A stretch of 63,707 nucleotides of DNA, filler included, from Octopus bimaculoides (lineage: Eukaryota), in NCBI RefSeq assembly GCF_001194135.2. It is 9 parts of 7 records of this genome, joined end to end, with 100 filler letters (N's around TTAATTAATTAA, not from the genome) between each part and the next. Parts side by side here need not be neighbours in the genome. Positions count along the whole stretch, not along the records: positions 34,149 to 45,270 come from NW_026413528.1; positions 45,371 to 50,811 come from NC_068983.1; positions 50,912 to 54,077 come from NC_068982.1; 6 more parts are not named here. The stretch is one strand, 5' to 3'. The notes beneath the pieces are model-generated. The model did no database searches and was not told the DNA's origin. It was given only the letters and a program-made list of their open reading frames with translations. Positions 40,301 to 53,110 of the stretch are shown here, piece after piece. The translations under genes were made by a program, and so were the position numbers. The number at the start of each line of letters is the position of its first letter. Positions within the stretch are counted from its first letter, which is position 1.

Positions 40301-43300
40301 GTACCTTCGTTCGTTCATTCGTTCGTACGCACGTACGTTTGTCCGTTTCTTTGTTCGTTCGTTTGTTCGATCGTTCTTACATACGTACTTACGTACGTAA
40401 ATCCGTGCATACGTACGGACGTTCGTTCGTTAGTTCTTTCGTACGTACGTACGTTCGTTCATTAGGTCATTCGTACGTACGTACGTTCGTCCGTTCGTTC
40501 ATATATATGTACGTAGGAACATACGTACGTTCATTCGTTCGTAATTACGTTCCTTCTTTCGTTTATTCGTTCGTACGTACGAACTTACTTACGTACTCAC
40601 GTTCTNNNNNNNNNNNNNNNNNNNNNNNNNNNNNNNNNNNNNNNNNNNNNNNNNNNNNNNNNNNNNNNNNNNNNNNNNNNNNNNNNNNNNNNNNNNNNNN
40701 NNNNNNNNNNNNNNNNNNNNNNNNNNNNNNNNNNNNNNNNNNNNNNNNNNNNNNNNNNNNNNNNNNNNNNNNNNNNNNNNNNNNNNNNNNNNNNNNNNNN
40801 NNNNNNNNNNNNNNNNNNNNNNNNNNNNNNNNNNNNNNNNNNNNNNNNNNNNNNNNNNNNNNNNNNNNNNNNNNNNNNNNNNNNNNNNNNNNNNNNNNNN
40901 NNNNNNNNNNNNNNNNNNNNNNNNNNNNNNNNNNNNNNNNNNNNNNNNNNNNNNNNNNNNNNNNNNNNNNNNNNNNNNNNNNNNNNNNNNNNNNNNNNNN
41001 NNNNNNNNNNNNNNNNNNNNNNNNNNNNNNNNNNNNNNNNNNNNNNNNNNNNNNNNNNNNNNNNNNNNNNNNNNNNNNNNNNNNNNNNNNNNNNNNNNNN
41101 NNNNNNNNNNNNNNNNNNNNNNNNNNNNNNNNNNNNNNNNNNNNNNNNNNNNNNNNNNNNNNNNNNNNNNNNNNNNNNNNNNNNNNNNNNNNNNNNNNNN
41201 NNNNNNNNNNNNNNNNNNNNNNNNNNNNNNNNNNNNNNNNNNNNNNNNNNNNNNNNNNNNNNNNNNNNNNNNNNNNNNNNNNNNNNNNNNNNNNNNNNNN
41301 NNNNNNNNNNNNNNNNNNNNNNNNNNNNNNNNNNNNNNNNNNNNNNNNNNNNNNNNNNNNNNNNNNNNNNNNNNNNNNNNNNNNNNNNNNNNNNNNNNNN
41401 NNNNNNTATGTTCCTACGTATATATATATATACGAACGAACGGACGGACGGACGTACGTACGAACGAACGTCCGTACGTAAGTAAGAACGAACGAACGAT
41501 CGAACAACGAAACAGATGAACGAACGATTGAACGTACGAACGTACGTAGGTGCGAAAAAAAAAACGAACGAACAAAGAATTGAACGTACGTATGTACGAA
41601 CGAACTAACGAACAAACGTACTTACTTATGAATGTACGTACGTTCATTTCTTCTATCGTTCTTGCGTATGTACGTACGCACATTTGTTCTTTTGTTCGTT
41701 CTTTCGATCGTTCCATCGTTCGTTAGTTCGTACGTACGTTCGTTAGTTTGTACGTACGTACATTTATTCTTTCGTTCGTTTGTTCGTACGTACTTTCGTT
41801 CGTTCGTACGTACGTTCGTTAGTTCGTACATTCGTTCGTTCATTCATTCATACGTATATACACATGTAAACACGTACGTTCGATCATTCGTTCGTTGGTT
41901 CTTTCGTTCGTTCGTACGTACTTTCGTTAGTTCGTACATTCGTTTGTTCGTTCATTTCGTTGGTAAGCTCGTACGTACGTGCGAATGAACGAACTAACGC
42001 ACGTATATTCGTACTTACATATGCATGAATGAACGAACAAACGAATGAGCGTGCGTATCTTCGAACGTACATATGTATGAATGAACGAACGTACGCACGC
42101 ACGAACGAACGATTGAACGAAAGAATGTACGTACGAACGAACAAACGTACGTGCGAAGAAACGAACAAACGAATGATCGTACGTACGTACGGAAGAACGA
42201 AACAAACAAACGATCGAACGAAACAAACAAACGAATGAACGAAGTAACGAAAGAATGGACGAAACAACGATCGAGCAAACGAAAGAACGTACGTACGTAT
42301 GTACGAACAAACGAAGGAACGAATGAACAAACAAACGTACGTACGTAGGAACGAACGCATGTGCAAACGAAAGAAAGATCGAACGAAAAAATAAACGAAC
42401 GTACGTACATACATCCGTACGTAGGAATGAACGAACAAGCGAACGAACGTACGAATGAAAGAACTAACGTACGTCCGTACGTACTAAGGAACGAACGTAA
42501 ATNNNNNNNNNNNNNNNNNNNNNNNNNNNNNNNNNNNNNNNNNNNNNNNNNNNNNNNNNNNNNNNNNNNNNNNNNNNNNNNNNNNNNNNNNNNNNNNNNN
42601 NNNNNNNNNNNNNNNNNNNNNNNNNNNNNNNNNNNNNNNNNNNNNNNNNNNNNNNNNNNNNNNNNNNNNNNNNNNNNNNNNNNNNNNNNNNNNNNNNNNN
42701 NNNNNNNNNNNNNNNNNNNNNNNNNNNNNNNNNNNNNNNNNNNNNNNNNNNNNNNNNNNNNNNNNNNNNNNNNNNNNNNNNNNNNNNNNNNNNNNNNNNN
42801 NNNNNNNNNNNNNNNNNNNNNNNNNNNNNNNNNNNNNNNNNNNNNNNNNNNNNNNNNNNNNNNNNNNNNNNNNNNNNNNNNNNNNNNNNNNNNNNNNNNN
42901 NNNNNNNNNNNNNNNNNNNNNNNNNNNNNNNNNNNNNNNNNNNNNNNNNNNNNNNNNNNNNNNNNNNNNNNNNNNNNNNNNNNNNNNNNNNNNNNNNNNN
43001 NNNNNNNNNNNNNNNNNNNNNNNNNNNNNNNNNNNNNNNNNNNNNNNNNNNNNNNNNNNNNNNNNNNNNNNNNNNNNNNNNNNNNNNNNNACTAACGAAC
43101 GAACGTCCGTACGGATTTACGTACGTAAGTACGTATGTAAGAACGAACGAATGAACAAAGAAACGGACGAACGTACGTACGAACGAATGAAAGAACGATT
43201 GAACGAACGAAGGTACGAAAAAAAAAACGAACGAACAAAGAATTGAACGTACGTAAGTACGAACGAACTAACGAACAAACGTACTTATGAACGTACGTAC

Positions 43301-45270
43301 GTTCATCTGTTCTATCGTACGTACGTACGCACATCCGTTCGTACGTACGTGCGTTCGGTTGTCCTTTCGTTCGTTCGTTAATCTGTTCGTTCATTCGTTC
43401 GCTCTTTTGTCCGTAGGTACGTACGTACGTACTTACGTGCGTTTGATCGTTCATTCTTCCGTTCGTTCGTTTGTTCGTACATTCATTCATACGTATAAAC
43501 ATATGTAAATACGTACGTTCGTTCGTTCATTTCGTTGGTAAGCTCGTCCATACGTACGAATGAGCGAACGAACGAACGAATGAAAGAATGAATGTACGTA
43601 CGAACTAACGAACGAATGAACAAACGATCGAACAAACGAACGAACGATCGAAAGAACGAACGTACGAAACTAACGAAGGAACGAAACAAACAAATGAACG
43701 AACGAACGAATGAACAAACGAAAGAACGATCAAACGCACGTATGTACGTACGTACGTACCTAAGGACAAAAGAGCGAACGAATGAACAAACTAACGACCG
43801 AACGAACGAAAGGACAACCGAACGCACATACGTTCGAACGAACTTATGTGCGTACGTACATACGAAAGAACGAACGAACGTACGTACGTTCATAAGTATG
43901 TACGTTTGTTCATTAGTTCGTTCGTACATACGTACGTTCAATTCTATGTTCGTTCAATCATTCGTACGTACGTTTGTCCGTTTCTTTGTTCGATCGTTCT
44001 TACATACGTACGTAAATCCGTACATACGTACGGACGTTCGTTCGTTAGTTCTTTCGTACGTACGTACGTTCGTTCATTAGGTCATTCGTACGTACGTTCG
44101 TCCGTCCATACGTTCGTTCGTTCATTCATATATATGTACGTAGAAACATACGTACGTTCATTCGTTCATAATTACGTTCCTTCTTTCGTTTATTCGTTCG
44201 TACGTACGAATTTACCTACGTACTCACGTTCTATCCTTCCTTCGATCATTTGTTCATACGTACGATCGTTCGTTCGTATGTACATACGATCGTTCTTACG
44301 TACGCCCCTTCGTTCGTACGTACGTACATTCATTCGTTAGTTCGTACATTCGTACGTATGTACGTTCGTTCATTGATAAATATGTAAGTACGAATATACG
44401 TACGTTCGTTCGTTGTCTCCGTTCGTCCATTCTTTCGTTACTTCGTTCGTCCNNNNNNNNNNTGTTTCGTTCTTCCGTACGATCATTCGTTCGTTTGTTC
44501 GACCGTTCCTTTGCACGTACGTTTGTTCGTTCTTTCGTACGTGCGTACATTCTTTCGTTCAATCGTTCGTTTATTCTTTCGTACGTTCGTTCGTTCGTTC
44601 GCTCGTTCATTCGTACGTTCTTTCGTTCGTTCGTTGGTACGTACGTACGAAAGAACGTACGTACGAACGAGCGAAAGAACGAACAAAGTAACGAAAGAAT
44701 GGACGGACGAACGTACATTTATGAATGTACGTACGTTCAATCCTTCTGTCGTTCGTTCGTTCTTTCGTACGTACGTACGCACATTTGTTCTTTCGATCGT
44801 TCCATCGTTCTTTCGTTTGTTCGTTCCATCGTTCGTTAGTTCGTACGTACGTACCTAATTACGTACGTACGTACCTACTTATGTACGTTCGTACGTACGT
44901 ACCTACTTACGTACGTTCGTTAGTTTGTTCGTTCGTACGTACATTTATTCTTTCGTTCGTTTGTTCGTACGTTCGTTAGTTCGTACATTCGTTCGTTCAT
45001 TCATTCATACGTATAAACATATGTAAATACGTACGTTCGATCGTTCGTTTGTACGTACGTTCGTTAGTTCGTACATTCGTTCATTTCGTTGGTAAGCTCG
45101 TACGTACGTACGAATGAACGAACGAGCGATATGAACGAACTAACGCACGAACAAACGAAAGAACGTATATTCGTACTTACATATGCATGAATGAACGAAC
45201 AAACGAATGAACGTGTGTATGTTCGTACGTACATATGTATGAACGAACGAACGAACGTACGTACGTACGC
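34365..45270. repeat. ~11 kb complex CpG-rich satellite of (TACG)n and (GTTC)n/(GAAC)n blocks, with recurring landmarks in both orientations
   Basis: Direct reading. Landmarks include CGGTTGTCCTTT (34501, 36204, 37550, 39573, 43356; reverse at 38231, 43809) and GGTAAGCTC (34923, 37956, 39863, 41962, 43537, 45091). Confidence 0.97.
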
Positions 45271-45370
45271 NNNNNNNNNNNNNNNNNNNNNNNNNNNNNN
45301 NNNNNNNNNNNNNNTTAATTAATTAANNNNNNNNNNNNNNNNNNNNNNNNNNNNNNNNNNNNNNNNNNNN

Positions 45371-45403
<33 letters not shown>

Positions 45404-45849
45404 TACACATACGCAGAGAGACAGACAGACAGACAGAGACTGATATTTATTTATGCTCATATACATAAAAAAAATATAAATCCTGACTTTATTATAGTCC
45501 ATTGTTATTTGTTCATGTTGTAAACATTGAATAATTAACTCACTGATACAAGAAGAACAATGCCAGAACAATAGCCACAGAGAGCGGTGGACGACAACCA
45601 AGAAGAAAGCAAAATGAGAAAAAAACATTAAAAAAAAAACAGAACAAAAACACTGCCAGTCATTCCTGTTAGTGGAATCAGAAAAGGGTAAAATCATAGC
45701 AAACAGAGATTGTGACATTTTATTTAAAGTTTTTGCGGATAGTATTTCATTTTAACAATACTCTTGATCATGGATCCTCTATCAATATCATTGAACCACG
45801 TTCTCATTACATTGAGGTGTAAGTGGCTGAGTATTCCGTAGACACATGT

Positions 45850-46580
45850 AACTGGCACTCCGTCGAGTACAACGACAGGGGTTCCAGTTGGTCCAATCAA
45901 CGGAACAGCCTGCTTGTGAAATTAACGTGCAAGAGTGGATGAGCACTCCACAGACATGTGTACCCTTACTCTTTTACTGTTTTACTCGTTTCAGTCATTT
46001 GACTGCAGCCATGCTGGAGCACCGCCTTTTAGCCGAGCAAATCAACCCCAAGACTTATTCTTTGTAAGCCTAGTACTTATTCTATCGGTCTCTTTTGTCG
46101 AACCGCTAAGTTATGGGGACGTAAACACACCAGAATCAGTTGTCAGGCGATGCTGGGGGGATAAACACAGACACACAAACATATACACATACATAGATAT
46201 ATATACATATACATATATACAACAGGCTTCTTTCAGTTTCCTTCTACCAAATCCATTCACAAGGCTTTGGTCGGCCCAAGGCTATAGTAGAAGACACTTG
46301 CCCAAGGTGCCACACAGTGGGACTGAACCCGGAACCATGTGGTGGATAAGTAAGCTACTTACCACACAGCCACTCCTCAATGAAATTCTCAAGGAGGGTC
46401 AGCGTGACACAGTGTGACACAGCTAGCCTTGTGAAATACAGGTACAACTCAATTTTGTCAGCTGAGTGAACTGGATCAACGTGAAATAAAGTGTCTTACT
46501 CAAGGACACAAAGCAGCAATGGGAATTGAACTCATGATCTTATGAGTGTGAGCTGGATACCCTAACCACTAAGCCACACA
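45850..46580 (-). mobile_element. SINE family C interrupted by a family-B SINE
   Basis: 45850-45969 and 46379-46580 match the reverse complement of the uninterrupted copy at 48675-48960. Confidence 0.7.
45970..46378 (-). mobile_element. SINE family B, full length, nested
   Basis: Reverse complement of the family-B sequence. Confidence 0.9.
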
Positions 46581-46874
46581 TGTACTGCTAACATAATTCT
46601 CAGACAGAATCAGTATGGCACATCATATGACAAAGGTGGAACATCTATTTTTTTTCCTTCTTGTAGTCAGGAGGGGGCGGCAGTACCCATGATCCTTCAA
46701 GGATAATTGTGACTTGTAAGAAGGGAGCAAGGAATGTATCCTTAAGCTGAAGACCTGACCAAAATCCTTGTAACAGTGTGGACTCCACTAAAGGTACACA
46801 AAGTGCCAGATAATGATGTTAGATTAGGGGACAGACTAAGTTGCCTCCACTCCCCACCCCGGTCACATCTTTCC

Positions 46875-46911
<37 letters not shown>

Positions 46912-47454
46912 ACTCTCCTCTCTCTCACTTTTCTCTTTCTAACTCTCTTCTCTCTCTCCCCTCTCTCCCCACTTGAGGTAGTTATGTTTCCTCTCTAATA
47001 CAAGACTCCCCTTATCTGTTCCTCATTACTACTCTACACCTCAGTTGAAAGGTTCTTGCAAGCTATTTAGGGACCTCGCTGCTGCTACTGGTGCCACATA
47101 AAAAAAGCTTCCTGTAAAGTGGTTGGCATTAGGAAGGGCATCCATCTGTAGAAACTGTGTCAAAGCAGCCAGCAGGGATTGGTGCAGCCTTCTGGCTTGC
47201 TGGTTCCTTGCCCAGACTTGTGCTTCAAAGGGTAACTTTCTTGGTGTAATTTCATGGTCCTTCATGACTGAAGGGGGTCTCAGTCAACTGGAGAGATGCA
47301 GAAAAGGGAGCCCAAAGTTGAGAGCAGTGGAGAAAAGTCATTGAAGAAGTAACAATCTATCTAACCATATAAATGCTTCACTATCAGCTAGAAGGGGTCA
47401 ATGCTGGACCTTTCAGTATTTATATCCTTTGCTTTTCTCTAAGAAACACTTTCA

Positions 47455-47740
47455 TCATCATCATTTAGTGTCTGCTTTCCATGCTGGCATGGGTTAGATG
47501 GTTTGACTGAAACTGTTAAGCTGGAGGGCAACACCAGGTTCCAGTCTGATTTGACATGGTTTCTACAGCTGGATGCCCTTCCTAATGCCAACCACTCTAA
47601 GAGTGTAATGGGTGCTTTTTACATGCCACCAGCATGGGTTCCAGTTACGTGACACCAACATCAGCCATGACTACAATTTATCTTGGCTTGATGGGTCTTC
47701 TCAAGCACAGCATATTGTCAAAGGTCTCAGTCACTTTGTC
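47455..47740 (-). mobile_element. RTE-type 3'-end element with (GAT)n tail
   Basis: catcatcatcatttagtgtctgctttccatgctggcatggg...cagctggatgcccttcctaatgccaacc. Confidence 0.75.
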
Positions 47741-48674
47741 ATGTAATTTTCATGGGAGAATATAAAAGAAGTTTCTTGTTGCTAACTTCTGGGTATTTAT
47801 TTACAAGTAGCCATCTCATTTGCTGAATGCAGATGAGCTCACTGCACATATCTGAGCCCTCAGAAAGTAAAAAGTCAGAACAAAAACCGCCAAACATTTT
47901 ATCCAACACTCTAAAATTCCCACTGATCCACAGAATTAATAATAAAGATAGAAAAAATGTAAAACAAAAAGGGAAGTTAGAATTGAAACTCAAATTAAAA
48001 TTCAATAAAGTAACTGAAACTTAAATTCATTTTTTTTTTCGTTTATTTCAATAAATATTATCTTTAAACCAAATATTTTTTTTCTTTTTATCAGAATCAG
48101 ATTTCAATTACATATCTTTTCTTCAACATAATTTTGCTTTATGAAAATATTTCAGATCTGTAACTAACTAGACATGTCACAAACAAAAAATTCTATCAAT
48201 TTAAATTAAAACTGCTATGTCTATCAATTAAAAAGAAAATTTTACTAAAAGCTACACTAAAAAAAAAGGTGGAGGATAGAATTGAATTATCTATTGAAAG
48301 CTCTGAAATTGTCCATCTTAATTAGCCATACTAGACAAGTAAAATATTTTTTAAAAACCCCACACAAACCCTTCACCCACAGTCCTGAAATGGGACATTA
48401 CTTTATTAACCCCAGAAGAATAAAAGACAAAGCTGAACCATGGACAAGGCTTGAACTCAGAGTATAGAGTTGAAACAAATACAATAATGCATTTTGTTCA
48501 ATGATTCAACTATTCTGTGAATTTACTGCTGATAATGCTTACTAAAGTTTTTACATACCTGGAGCGTATTCCCGCACCAATTTCGATGATGATAATCATC
48601 TCCATTTTTATATCTGTTTACAAGTTGGTATGAGTTGGATAGGATGCCAGAGACCATTCACTTCTAGATATAAG

Positions 48675-48960
48675 TGAAGGTGCATGGCTTAGTGGTTAGG
48701 GTATTCAGTTTATGATCATAAGGTCATGAGTTTGAAAACCGGTGACACACTGTGTCCTTGAGCAAGCCACTTTATTTCATGTTGCTCCAGTCCACTCCGC
48801 TGGCAAAAATGAGTAATGTCATGCCTGTAATTCTGTGTCACATTGCATGTCTCTGTACACATGTCTGTGGAGTGCTCAGCCATCTGCATGTTAATTTCAT
48901 GAGCAGGCTGTTCTGGAACTCGCGTCATTATAACCGATGGAGTACCAGTTCTATATATGT
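48675..48960 (+). mobile_element. tRNA-derived SINE, family C
   Basis: Head TGGCTTAGTGGTTAGGG..GAGTTTGAAAACC; GTGTCCTTGAGCAAG; body gtctgtggagtgctcagcc...gagcaggctgttc. Confidence 0.7.
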
Positions 48961-50486
48961 CAAGAGACCACATCTCGCTTGTATGTTTTATTTTGACAAT
49001 AGGTTTCTCAGGTTTCTCTGACTATCACCAACTACTTTACAGAGAATATTCACCACACTTTATCATGGCACCAACACTAAAGAGGCTGTCATATCCTCAG
49101 TAACATACCATACCTTCCTCTTTACACTACATTTTCTTCACTTATTCACGAATCACATAGAGACATAAAATTAGTACCAGTAATACAATGGAGGAGTCAC
49201 TCCAAAATGCTCTAAATACAGTCTGTTATATATGTTCACCTTGGACTAAATTGATCAATGATCTTTAACACAGAGTAAATACATGACTGTGTAGCTGAGA
49301 ATCTTGCACCTACAGGATTTAGGATTCAATCACTCTGTGCGAAGCTCCAGTTAAATTTCTTCTACAAAAGCCTCATTTTAGTCAGCAAGTTCCAGTCTGA
49401 TTTGGCATGGTTTCTACAGCTAGATGCCCTTCCTAATGCCAACCAATGTACAGAGTTGTTGGGTGTTTTTTTTTTACATGGCACCAGCACAGGTGCTTTT
49501 TATGTGACACCACTACAGGTAACTTTTATGTGGAACCCGCACAAGTGCTTTTTACATGGCACTGGTAAGGGGCTCTTGCAAGGCAAAAACCTCTTCAGCT
49601 GGGATGGGAGCATTAACAATTCTGCTTTCATAGATGGGGCTTCACAACAACAGCAAGGTGCCAGATATCTTGGGGTCCTTTTGACAATAAAAGAGCATTT
49701 GACAATTAGAATATCTGGCGCAACAAAGTTACTATCTGACTCATTACAAGCATGGAAAAACGGACATTAAAATGATGTTATATGTTGGTGCCATGACAGG
49801 ACAACAGAAAGATTCTGTTAACTTCAAAGCATCACATCAACTAGAAATTGAGCAAAAGGCCAAAATTGAAACAGTTTTTCTTTTAGATGATCCCAAGTGT
49901 TTAACCATTCACCTAAAATCATAAAGGTGATGATGACCTTTACTGAAGATTTTAGATATCAACTAGTTAAGATTCCCCTCCTACTTTGAAGACCAATCTT
50001 CTTCAATAGGCTGGGTATAATTAGTGAATGACAGCCTTTGATTCACCAGCTACAAACATGAGCCAATTAGGAATCATCTTTGCAGTTATTCATACTGCCA
50101 AATCTCACTTAAATCACATGCTGCCATCATAAAATTATAAGGAAATGCTAGAAACATAACCATACTCAAGAGAGTCATGGTTTGGTCTACTTGATCAGGA
50201 GTGACCTTATCAAGCAGGTCTATGATCAAAGGATTTCAACACACACACACACAGATACAGGTAAACGCATGCACACATACACATGCACACGCATATACAC
50301 ACACACGCACACACATGTATTGATAAACTAGAAGCAGAAACACTAAAGACAAGATAGAATGACCCAGCATGACCAGGACATACAATGGTTTGAATGAACA
50401 ACAGAACACACCTGAGTGAAGAATGCAAATTGAAAAAGAAACAAAAAACTGTGATTAAGGAGCATGCTATGCAACCACATACTCAT

Positions 50487-50811
50487 TACTCTCTTTACTC
50501 TTTTACTTGCTTCAGTCGTTTGACTGCGGCCATGCTGGAGCACCGCCTTTAGTAGAGCTAATCGACCCCAGGACTTGTTCTTTGTAAGCCTAGTACTTAT
50601 TCTATTGGTCACTTTTGCCAAACCGTTAAGTTACAGGGACGTAAACACACCAGCATCGGTTGTCAAGCGATGGGGGGGGGGAATAAACACAGACACACAA
50701 ACGCACTCATATATATACATATACATATATATGACGGGCTTCTTTCAGTTTCCGTCTACCAAATCCACTCACAAGGCTTTGGTCGGCTCGAGGCTATAGT
50801 AGAAGACACTT
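50487..50811 (-). mobile_element. SINE family B, partial (head in gap)
   Basis: Reverse complement of the family-B sequence. Confidence 0.85.
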
Positions 50812-50911
50812 NNNNNNNNNNNNNNNNNNNNNNNNNNNNNNNNNNNNNNNNNNNNTTAATTAATTAANNNNNNNNNNNNNNNNNNNNNNNNNNNNNNNNN
50901 NNNNNNNNNNN

Positions 50912-51251
50912 GCTTTTGTTGTTTCTTCTTCTTCTTCTTCGTATTTGTTAGGTAGATTGATTTCTTGTTTGTATTTGTCAGCTTCCTTAAATACTGAAAA
51001 CAGTTTTTTGTTTTGCTCGTGTTTTGTGGCTATTTGTATTAGTTTCCCTTGCTTCTGGAGTAGGTATTTTTGCAGTCCTATGGTGGTTATTTTATAATAG
51101 TTTTCTAGCTGTATAAGACCCCTGCCACCTTCTGTGCGTTGTATATATAGCCTTTCTATGTCAGATTTTGGGTGGTGCATCCTATATCCTGTCATTATTT
51201 TTCTTGTTTTCCTGTCTATTTTACATAGTTCGTTTAGTGTCCAGTTAAGGA

Positions 51252-51254
<3 letters not shown>
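50912..51254 (-). mobile_element. 5'-truncated R4/Dong-type non-LTR retrotransposon fragment
   Basis: ILNWTLNELCKIDRKTRKIMTGYRMHHPKSDIERLYIQRTEGGRGLIQLE is the post-RT motif of restriction-like-endonuclease LINEs of the R4/Dong type. Open up to the gap. Confidence 0.8.
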
Positions 51255-51304
<50 letters not shown>

Positions 51305-52419
51305 TCTAAACTGTATTGATTTAAAATATTTGATACTTATTAAAAGAAATCACTGAAGAAATATTATGGATGTTGTAAAAGCTAGTAGTGTTATAGGAAT
51401 AATGAGGTAACGTGATTGTGAGTTGTAGGGGAGACATGTTATATTTTGCATTATCTAAATTTTAATATTTGAGTAAACAACGTGAAGTATTGAACAGTGA
51501 TGTCATGTTTAAAAATATTGAAAATGTATAATTTATTTTAAAATCGGAAAATTATATAGATATATGGAATGTATAGAAACTCGCGAAGTAACATCTACCA
51601 AACCTCTGATAAAGGGGAGTATCAGTTATTATATAAATTTTGTCTATGCATTACAGGAAAACATTTAAGATTTCGTTGAAAAATTAAATATTTTCCAAAC
51701 CATCTATATTTATTTAAAAGAAATATTTTAAAACATTTGTTTAAAAAATATATTGGAAGCTATTTTGTAATGTAAATTCGTAATTTAAATATTTCTTAAT
51801 ATATCAGAAGTATTTAAATTATTAAGAAAAAAATTGAACCATAAGTGATTACGATAACTTACAAAGTAGAAAGCCATATCGAGTAAAATAGATAAAGTTT
51901 GAAATGTGAAGAAAATAATTTAGTTTGGAGGTTTCAAACTAAATGTTTTCTTAATAAAATGTTGATTTCAATTAGTTTAAGTAAATGTCTTTCTTATGTA
52001 TTTTAAAGAAAAGCAAAACAAAATACTAATACTATGGGAGTCGTAAAGGTTGAAGATAATAAGATAGGATTGATTAGATGAAGTCAGCCAAAAGGAATAA
52101 AAGATAAATTATAATAAATTCTATAGCATTCGTAAAAAAATATATGTGCGAGCGCAATTAAGACAGAAGTAAATATCCATTAACCTGAAACGGCTCCTGG
52201 GTGTGTGAGTCGACTTTCAGAATACGGCATGATCATTTAAACGAAATAAACTTCTAAGTTACTTTTAATTTATTTTTAACGTATTGTTCTGCAAATGTTT
52301 TCATATATATACTATATTCTATGCAATTAAAATGGACTGATGTAATCGACAATCTCTCGAACGTGCTGACATTGTGCCAAAATTTGACACCATTATTATT
52401 ATTATTATTATTATGAACA

Positions 52420-52462
52420 ACCTTAATCGATTTTCGAACCTTATTGGGTTCTCATCAGAGGC
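52420..52462 (-). ncRNA. Minimal type I hammerhead ribozyme motif, intact
   Basis: Minus strand: GCCT-CTGATGA-GAACC(CAATAA)GGTTC-GAAA-ATCGAT-TA-AGGT. Palindromic stem III AATCGATT, cleavage triplet UUA. Confidence 0.8.
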
Positions 52463-52799
52463 GTCGACATCATTCTAACTCTCTTCAGAGAAACAAGCAG
52501 CCAAACTGATTATATACTAACAAATACGTTATTAAGGAGTCCCTAATTTGCCAAATTATTTTCCTTAGATTTCACACACAATTCACAGCTAATGAGACTT
52601 CTTCCTCTTCTCTATTGCGATAGATACAACCTGTCCACGTCATTTTTAGGGTGTAGAACCCCTTGTAGTGTCATCATTTTCCTAGTGCTTCTATCACACT
52701 CCTTAAGTTCATCTCTTCTCATGTGTCAACCCATGTGTTGACAGCCGGTATCTTATTCCTACTACTCAATTTAGCCTTTAACACTAATTTCAGTCATGA

Positions 52800-53002
52800 A
52801 GAAAAAGATGATATACATACATATATATAACACGATGGGCTTCTTTCAGTTTCCGTCTACGAAATTCACTAATAAGGCTTTGGTCAGTCCGAGGCAACAG
52901 TAGTGACATTGAACCTGGAAGCATGTAGATGGCAAGCAAACTGCTTAACACGCCTGCACCTCCATACACGCACACACATACACATACATGTATATATGTA
53001 TG

Positions 53003-53036
<34 letters not shown>

Positions 53037-53062
53037 TGTATGTATGTATGTATGTATGTATG

Positions 53063-53096
<34 letters not shown>

Positions 53097-53110
53097 TATA
53101 TATATAGATA
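52800..53110 (-). mobile_element. Deleted SINE family B head plus (TATG)n/(GACA)n microsatellites
   Basis: acgatgggcttctttcagtttccgtctac...ttgaacctggaagcatg. Confidence 0.65.

Noticed and set aside
34391-44979. Dozens of ORFs rich in VRSF/RTYV/NERT
   Set aside because: They result from stop-poor tetranucleotide repeats. There is no consistent frame, start context or domain.
34365-45270. Satellite as a heat-shock-element array or a CRISPR-like array
   Set aside because: GAA repeats are at 4-bp direct spacing rather than alternating 5-bp nGAAn units, and there are no constant repeats with unique spacers.
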